Positions 55,570-64,000 of a stretch of 64,000 bases of DNA are shown piece after piece. How positions within the stretch are numbered: position 1 is the first letter of the stretch; each line of letters starts with the position of its first letter. This DNA comes from Dendrobates tinctorius (Eukaryota), in NCBI RefSeq assembly GCF_039654945.1, contig NW_027362117.1:868001-932000 (forward strand), written 5' to 3'. The translations under genes were made by a program, and so were the position numbers. The notes under the pieces were generated by a model, which was given only the letters and a program-made list of their open reading frames with translations, was not told where the DNA came from and searched no databases.

Positions 55570-56820
55570 CATAGTATCCCCTGTATGTAGTATATACCTG
55601 TATGTCATCTCCCCTGTATATACTGTATATCTGTGTGTCATCTCCCCTGTATATAGTGTATACCTATATGTCATCTCCTGTATATAGTATATATCTGTAT
55701 GTCATCTCCCCTGTATATAGTGCATACCTGTGTGTCATCTCCTCCTGTATGTAGTATATACCTGTATGTCATCTCCTCCTGTATATAGTATATACCTATG
55801 TGTCATCTCCCCTGTATATAGTGCATACCTGTGTGTCATCTCCCCTGTATATAGTATATACCTGTATGTCATCTCCCCTGTATATAGTATATACCTATAT
55901 GTCATCTCCTCCTGTATATAGTGTATACCTGTATGTCATCTCCCCTGTATATAGTGTATATCTGTGTATCATCTCCCCTGTATATAGTGTATACCTATAT
56001 GTCATCTCCTCCTGTATATAGTATATACCCAAGTGTCATCTCCCCTATATATATTGCATACCTGTGTGTCATCTCCCCTGTATATAGTATATACCTATGT
56101 CATCTCCTCCTGTATATAGTGTATACCTATATGTCATCTCCTCCTGTATATAGTATACCTGTATGTCATCTCCTGTATATAGTATATACATGTATGTCAT
56201 CTCCCCTGTATATAGTATATACCTGTGTGTCATCTCCCCCTGTATATAGTATATAGCTGTATGTCATCTTCCCTGTATATAGTATATACCTGTATGTCAT
56301 CTTCCCTGTATATAGTATATACCTGTATGTCATCTCCGTATATAGTGTATACCTGTATGTCATCTCCTCCTATATATAGTGTATACCTGTATGTCATCTG
56401 TATATAGTATATACCTGTATGTCATCTCCTCCTGTATATAGTGTATACCTGTATGTCATCTCCTCCTGTATATAGTATATACCTGTATGTCATCTTCCCT
56501 GTATATAGTATATACCTGTATGTCATCTGTATATAGTGTATACCTGTATGTCATCTCCCCTGTATATAGCATATACATGTATGACATCTCCCCCTGTATA
56601 TATTATATATCTGTGTGTCATCTCCCCCTGTATATAGTATATATCTGTGTGTCATGTCCTCCTGTATATAGTGTATACTTGTATGTCATCTCCTCCTGTA
56701 TATAGTATATACCTGTATGTCATCTCCCCTGTATATAGTATATACGTGTGTCATCTCCCCCTGTATATAGTATATAGCTGTATGTCATCTTCCCTGTATA
56801 TAGTATATACCTGTATGTCT
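55570..56820. repeat. ~33-bp AT-rich minisatellite (gtcatctcccctgtatatagtatatacctgtat)n
   Basis: Tandem degenerate copies. Confidence 0.93.
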
Positions 56821-57818
56821 CGCAGGTTCCCTCCTGTCTGTACACGGTGGAGGCGCAGTCTCTACTGAGACGTTTTAGTGACCCTTGAGGAAGCAGCTCT
56901 TGTCTCCCTTTCTTCCATTTCTGTACTCCTTTCTGTAAGTCTTGGCTCCCTTTCTTCTTTCTGTAAGTCTTGCTCATTGAGGCGTAATACAACTTTTTTC
57001 TTAGAGAAAGCAGAATTCAACCTTGTGGGAGTGTAATACCATTTAGTTAGAAATTGTAATGAAGGGCTAATTTAGAGTGGCATTAGTTGTAGCTGTATAA
57101 ACAATTTTAAAGCGAACCAGGCATTGTCAGGTTGGCGCTGTTACACCAATTAAAATGATTCCTGGTTTGGAGTAATCCGTCTTGTGTTTCTTTTTTTAAT
57201 CTGTGTGTGAAGATTTAAGTTAATGAGATGCTTCATGCCAGACGAAGAGAAGTTCCTAATTCTGGGCTCCCCCTGCAGTCTGTGTCAGAGGGTGGTCTGT
57301 GTCCGCACCGTAATAAATTGTGTTATTTCCAGCTTTACAGAAGGATGATAACAATAATAAGCCTCAGTTACCACAACTGTCTACAAGAAAACTGTTGCTC
57401 ATAGCAACCAATCACATCTCAGCTTTTATCTTTTAAACCACTCTTTTGAAATTAAAGATGCTTAGTGATTGGTTGCTATGGGCAACACAGGCAGTGTAAC
57501 CTGTTGTGGTCAAGAAGATGTGCGTATGAAATATATATATATATATACATATATATTAGATATTTATTATACGGGGCTTTGCGTGTGGAGTGAGTGTGGC
57601 TATGTGGAATGGATGGGGCTACGTGGAGTGGACGTGGCTTGATACATACACACATACATACACTCATTTATAGATCTATCTATCTATTATCGATCTATCT
57701 CTATATTATTTCTCTGTTATCAAACTATTATCTATCTATCTATCATCTCTATGTTATCTATTATCTATCCATCTTAGTTTGTCCCCTTTTTCCCATCCTC
57801 CAGTCTTACGCTCAGGCG

Positions 57819-60800
57819 ATGCTTCTCTTTATTTGGACCTCTACGTTCTTCCTGGTACCGGTGAGTGAAGCTTCTCCGTCCTGTCGATTCTCAGAGACGC
57901 CATTACCAACCTATAAACATGGCGGACAGATCATCATCGGGGCCCTGATTCCTGTGCACGAAAAAACTCTCAAACAAACATTAAAATTTACAGCAAAGCC
58001 TCCGTCCCGCATGTGCGAAAAGTAAGTGAACCCCTGTATATTCTGTACGGACGGGGCAATGATGTCAGGATTTAGCTTGTAATTCGCAAGACGAGGACAG
58101 AAAACTGCGCAAGAAATAAGGTTACAGGTCTGGGGTGAGTTTACTTCTGCGCTATTTTCCATTATCATCAGCAGATAGGAGACCCCTCGCTGCCCCTTCA
58201 CATAGTGGAGAGGATACAATCCTGTCTACACACTGACGGATACTTTGTAGGAGAGATTTGTGCTTCGCTCACAGAGCATTGTTCAGACTGATACAATTGT
58301 ATCCACCGTTCGCTGAGGTTAGGACGACACAATCGTGAGGAATCGGAGCACAGTGTACATCAGAGTGTTCTAGAACTTTCACAGTAATTCGGATTCCTTC
58401 ACATAGACCCCTCTTTAGGTTTGTGGGTTTGGGATGGCGCTCAGGGTTCAGGTCAGAGGCTCGTGGGTGCTTGTCCAATACTTTATGAACGGCTCCATCT
58501 GTCCTTGATTTTCCCATTAATTATAATTAAAAAATAATATAATAAATGAACTTCGGGTAACCCCCATGCTGATGGTTTCCAAGTGAAAATGGATGATTCT
58601 TGCTTCTCATGGATTAAAAGTATAATGCTAATAAAGGCAGCACAGATGTAGCGGAGCTGAGTGTCATGTAGCAGATCTGAGTCTGTCATGCAGCAGATCT
58701 GAGTCTGTCATGCAGCAGAGCTGAGTCTGTCATGCAGCAGAGACGATCTATCGCTGAAATCTAGGGGGTCTACTGGTCTTCGCTCCTAAACATATTTTAT
58801 AACCAATTCTGATACTTGGGGGTCTTCACATCAGAATATAGAAGTCCTGAGATTTCTCTTTTCACCTCTTGTCCCTTAGGTTTTACATGGAGAAATATCA
58901 GTACGTCCTCGCAATGTTATTTGCCGTGGAGGAAATCAATGCCAGTCCTCTGCTGGTGCCGAACGTCTCGCTGGGCTACGAGGTTTATGACACTTGTTAT
59001 TCGGACTTGGCCGCCATAGACAGCGTCATGTATTATCTGTCAGGACACCAATCCAAGGTGCCAAATTACAGCTGCCGCTCGGAGCCCCCCAAACTGTCCG
59101 CCGTGGTGGGAGACTCCCCATCATCTGGATCGGTTGCAATCGCACGAATATTGGGGCTCACACATTTCCCACAGGTAAAGAGGTGAAAGAAAGAGGTCTG
59201 GGGACTGCGCAGAGCACTGTACTATATGCACCCGACAGTGGTCTGGGGTCTGCACAGAGCAATGTACTGTATGCACCGGACAGAGGTCTGGGGTCTGCGC
59301 AGAGAAATGTACTGTATGCACCGGACAGAGGTCCGGGGTCTGCACAGAACAATGTACTGTATGCACCGGACAGAGGTCCGGGGTCTGCGCAGAACTATGT
59401 ACTGTATGCACCGGACAGAGGTCTGAGGTCTGCGCAGAGCAATGTACTGTATGCACCGGACAGAGGTCCGGGGTCTGCGCAGAGCAATATACTGTATGCA
59501 CCGGACAGAGGTCTGGGGTCTGCGCAGAGCAATGTACTGTATGCACCGGACAGAGGTCTGGGGTCTGCGTAGAGCAATGTACTGTATGCACCAGACAGAG
59601 GTCTGGGTTCTGCGCAGAGCAATGTACTGTATGCACCGGACAGAGGTCTGGGGTCTGCGCAGAGAAATGTACTGTATGCACCGGACAGAGGTCTGGGGTC
59701 TGCGCAGAGCAATGTACTGTATGCACCGGACAGAGGTCTGGGGTCTGCGCAGGGCAATGTACTGTATGCACCGGACAGAGGTCTGGGGTCTGCGCAGAGC
59801 AATGTACTGTATGCACCGGACAGAGGTCTGGGGTCTGCGCAGAGCAATGTACTGTATGCACCGGACAGAGGTCTGGGGTCTGCGCAGAGCAATGTACTGT
59901 ATGCACCGGACAGAGGTCTGGGGTCTGCGCAGAGCAATGTACTGTATGCACCGGACAGAGGTCTGGGGTCTGCGCAGAGCAATGTACTGTATGCACCGGA
60001 CAGAGGTCTGGGGTCTGCGCAGAGCAATGTACTGTATGCACCGGACAGAGGTCTGGGGTCTGCGCAGAGCAATGTACTGTATGCACCGGACAGAGGTCTG
60101 GGGTCTGCGCAGAGCAATGTACTGTATGCACCGGACAGAGGTCTGGGGTCTGCGCAGAGCAATGTACTGTATGCACCGGACAGAGGTCTGGGGTCTGCGC
60201 AGAGCAATGTACTGTATGCACCGGACAGAGGTCTGGGGTCTGCGCAGAGCAATGTACTGTATGCACCGGACAGAGGTCTGGGGTCTGCGCAGAGCAATGT
60301 ACTGTATGCACCGGACAGAGGTCTGGGGTCTGCGCAGAACAATGTACTGTATGCACCGGACAGAGGTCTGCGGTCTGCGCAGAGCAATGTACTGTATGCA
60401 CCGGACAGAGGTCCGGGGTCTGCGCAGAACAATGTACTGTATGCACCGGACAGAGGTCTCGGGTCTGCGCAGAACAATGTACTGTATGCACCGGACAGAG
60501 GTCTCGGGTCTGCGCAGAACAATGTACTGTATGCACCGGACAGAGGTCCGAGGTCTGCGCAGAGCAATGTACTGTATGCACCGGACAGAGGTCCGGGGTC
60601 TGCGCAGAGCAATGTACTGTATGCACCGGACAGAGGTCCGGGGTCTGCGCAGGGCAATGTACTGTATGCACCGGACAGAGGTCTGGGGTCTGCGCAGAGC
60701 AATGTACTGTATGCACCGGACAGAGGTCTGGGGTCTGCGCAGAGCAATGTACTGTATGCACCGGACAGAGGTCTGGGGTCTGCGCAGAGCAATGTACTGT

Positions 60801-63634
60801 ATGCACCGGACAGAGGTCTGGGGTCTGCGCAGAACAATGTACTGTATGCACCGGACAGAGGTCTGGGGTCTGCGCAGAACAATGTACTGTATGCACCGGA
60901 CAGAGGTCCGAGGTCTGCGCAGAACAATGTACTGTATGCACCGGACAGAGGTCTGGGGTCTGCGCAGAACAATGTACTGTATGCACCGGACAGAGGTCCG
61001 GGGTCTGCGCAGAGCAATGTACTATATGCACCGGACAGAGGTCTGGGGTCTGCGCAGAGCAATGTACTGTATGCACCGGACAGAGGTCTGGGGTCTGCGC
61101 AGAACAATGTACTGTAGGCACCGGACAGAGGTCCGGGGTCTGCGCAGAGCAATGTACTATATGCACCGGACAGAGGTCTGGGGTCTGCGCAGAACAATGT
61201 ACTGTATGCACCGGACAGAGGTCCGAGGTCTGCGCAGAGCAATGTACTGTATGCACCGGACAGAGGTCCGGGGTCTGCGCAGAGCAATGTACTGTATGCA
61301 CCGGACAGAGGTCTGGGGTCTGCGCAGGGCAATGTACTGTATGCACCGGACAGAGGTCTGGGGTCTGCGCAGAACAATGTACTGTATGCACCGGACAGAG
61401 GTCTGGGGTCTGCGCAGAACAATGTACTGTATGCACCGGACAGAGGTCCGAGGTCTGCGCAGAACAATGTACTGTATGCACCGGACAGAGGTCTGGGGTC
61501 TGCGCAGAACAATGTACTGTATGCACCGGACAGAGGTCCGGGGTCTGCGCAGAACAATGTACTGTATGCACCGGACAGAGGTCCGGGGTCTGCGCAGAGC
61601 AATGTACTATATGCACCGGACAGAGGTCTGGGGTCTGCGCAGAACAATGTACTGTATGCACCGGACAGAGGTCCGAGGTCTGCGCAGAGCAATGTACTGT
61701 ATGCACCGGACAGAGGTCCGGGGTCTGCGCAGAGCAATGTACTGTATGCACCGGACAGAGGTCTGGGGTCTGCGCTGGGCAATGTACTGTATGCACCGGA
61801 CAGAGGTCTGGGGTCTGCGCAGAGCAATGTACTGTATGCACCGGACAGAGGTCTGGGGTCTGCGCAGAGCAATGTACTATATGCACCGGACAGAGGTCTG
61901 GGGTCTGCGCAGAACAATGTACTGTATGCACCGGACAGAGGTCCGAGGTCTGCGCAGAGCAATGTACTGTATGCACCGGACAGAGGTCCGGGGTCTGCGC
62001 AGAGCAATGTACTGTATGCACCGGACAGAGGTCTGGGGTCTGCGCAGGGCAATGTACTGTATGCACCGGACAGAGGTCTGGGGTCTGCGCAGAGCAATGT
62101 ACTGTATGCACCGGACAGAGGTCTGGGGTCTGCGCAGAGCAATGTACTGTATGCACCGGACAGAGGTCTGGGGTCTGCGCAGAGCAATGTACTGTATGCA
62201 CCGGACAGAGGTCTGGGGTCTGCGCAGAACAATGTACTGTATGCACCGGACAGAGGTCTGGGGTCTGCGCAGAGCAATGTACTGTATGCACCGGACAGAC
62301 GTCTGGGGTCTGCGCAGAGCAATGCACTGTATGCACCGGACAGAGGTCTGGGGTCTGCGCAGAGCAATGTACTGTATGCACCGGACAGAGGTCTGGGGAC
62401 TGCGCAGAGCAATGTATTGTATGCACCGGACAGAGGTCTGGGGTCTGCGCAGAGTAATATACAGTATGCACCGGACAGAGGTCTCGGGTCTGCGCAGAGC
62501 AATGTACTGTATGCACCGGACAGAGGTCTGGGGTCTGCACAGAGCAATGTACTGTATGCACCGGACAGAGGTCTGGGGTCTGCACAGAGCAATGTACTGC
62601 ATGCACCGGACAGAGGTCTGGGGTCTGCACAGAGCAATGTACTGCATGCACCGGACAGAGGTCTGGGGTCTGCACAGAGCAATGTACTGTTGGCCATGTC
62701 TATACCTGTACAACATTCACTGGTGGCCTGTGCTGATGTGGTTGATGCATTTTTACCTTTTATGGGGCCTTCTGAATCCCTAATTTCTTGGTTTTCTTTC
62801 CAGATCAGCTATGCCTCAGCTCTTCCTTCCTTGGCCGATAAGACCCAGTTCCCTTCTTTTGTCCGCACAGTCGGTACTGTGGACTCTCAGCCCGTCGCTG
62901 TGGTCCAGATGATTAAGCACTTTAACTGGTCCTGGGTTGGCATCTTGTCTTCCAGTAATGACTATGGAGATGAAGGAAGCCAGAAGCTGAAGGTGGAGAT
63001 GGCAAAGAACAGCATCTGCGTGGCTTTCGCCAAAACCCTTTCTACCCCTCCAAGCAAAGAAAGTCTCGATAACATCATCACCTCCATACAAAAAACCAAG
63101 ACCAATGTCATTGTCCTGTACGCGTACGCCACCGAGCTGATCGCTTTTTTCCAGGCCATCAATGCAGGCAAAATCTCTGGGAAAGTCTGGATCGCGGTGG
63201 GAAGTTGGCTGCCCTCAGCCGTCTTTACACAGAAAGATCTATGGACCATTCTTAATGGGACTCTTGGTCTGGCCAAATACAGCTCTAACATCCCAGGTTT
63301 CGGGGACTTCCTCTACAGGGTAGAACCAGCAAAGTACCCCAATGATATCTTCATCAGGGAGTTTTGGGAACAAGTGTTTCCTTGTAAGTGGAAGGAGAAT
63401 AATGCGGGAAACATACCCAGTGCTACCAATGTCACGTGGTGCACCGGCAAAGAAAACCTGACCAAAGTGGACAATTCAGTGTACGACACCACAAACTTCA
63501 GATTATCCGTGTCGGTGTACAATGCTGTGTATGCCGTGGCACACGCTATACATAACATGCTGTCCTGCCAGGGTGGGGCCGGGCCCTTCAGCAATGGCAC
63601 GTGTGCAAACATCAAGGATTTCCAACCGTGGCAG
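57819..63634 (+). CDS. Vomeronasal type-2 (V2R/OlfC, class C GPCR) receptor, coding exons 1-3 (signal peptide plus Venus flytrap domain); 3' part lies beyond the window
   Basis: Exons 57819-58021 (MLLFIWTSTFFLVPVSEA...GQIIIGALIPVH), 58880-59174 (MLFAVEEIN...PNVSLGYEVYDTC...PNYSC...FPQ), 62804-63634 (ISYAS...FPSFVRT...FNWSWVG...DYG...FWEQVFPCKW...VYNAVYAVAHAIH...FQPWQ); phases consistent, no stops. Confidence 0.93.
59190..62690. repeat. 45-bp minisatellite (atgtactgtatgcaccggacagaggtctggggtctgcgcagagca)n, ~77 copies, filling V2R intron 2
   Basis: Highly homogeneous tandem array; source of the >1000-aa pseudo-ORFs. Confidence 0.97.
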
Positions 63635-63685
63635 GTATGGAGCGAATGAGAATGTGTAGAATCGTAAGTGAAAGTATAAACTGGA

Positions 63686-64000
63686 TTCACCGTACATACA
63701 GTGTAATATCCTCTGATACGTTGTGTCCTCTCCTCTGGAGTCACTGTACATACAGTGTAACATCCTGTGATACGTTGTGTCCTCTCCTCTGGAGTCACTG
63801 TACATACAGTGTTATATCCTCTGATACGTTGTGTCCTCTCCTCTGGACTCACCGTACATACAGTGTAATATCCTCTGATACGTTGTGTCCTCTCCTCTGG
63901 TCTCACTGTACATACAGTGTAATATCCTCTGATACGTTGTGTCCTCTCCTCTGGACTCACTGTACATACAGTGTAACATCCTGTGATACGTTGTGTCCTC
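63686..64000. repeat. 54-bp tandem repeat in V2R intron 3
   Basis: (tcactgtacatacagtgtaatatcctctgatacgttgtgtcctctcctctggag)n to the window end. Confidence 0.9.

Noticed and set aside
59121-62783. 1100-1184-aa ORFs on both strands
   Set aside because: Translation of a 45-bp minisatellite inside V2R intron 2; 15-aa periodicity in several frames

Overview
Vertebrate genomic DNA, most likely an anuran (frog) judging from its repeat families and V2R/OR content; three N-gaps are present. All exon models were traced by hand from GT-AG boundaries and reading-frame continuity. Contents: (1) a complete 9-exon wdr82 gene (+, 5010-10406, 313 aa) carrying a let-7g hairpin in intron 2; (2) a 24-exon inter-alpha-trypsin inhibitor heavy chain (ITIH3/ITIH4-like) gene (+, 15154-45824, about 872 aa); (3) an isolated olfactory receptor pseudogene (-); (4) the first three coding exons of a V2R/class C GPCR (+, from 57819, running off the window). 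The rest is dense in minisatellites, CR1 LINEs, Tc1, piggyBac-like, hAT-like and T2/Kolobok-like DNA elements, solo LTRs and a Penelope remnant. Most interesting: the ITIH linker appears to be built from six frame-preserving phase-1 microexons (18-42 nt) encoding an acidic, Tyr-rich segment, and the protein has lost the DPHFII autocleavage/bikunin-coupling motif. Also notable are a ~160-bp hairpin with a Penelope-type minimal hammerhead ribozyme core among those microexons, and a 4.4-kb hAT-like foldback palindrome with a 1-nt spacer. Most long ORFs in the supplied track are tandem-repeat artefacts.
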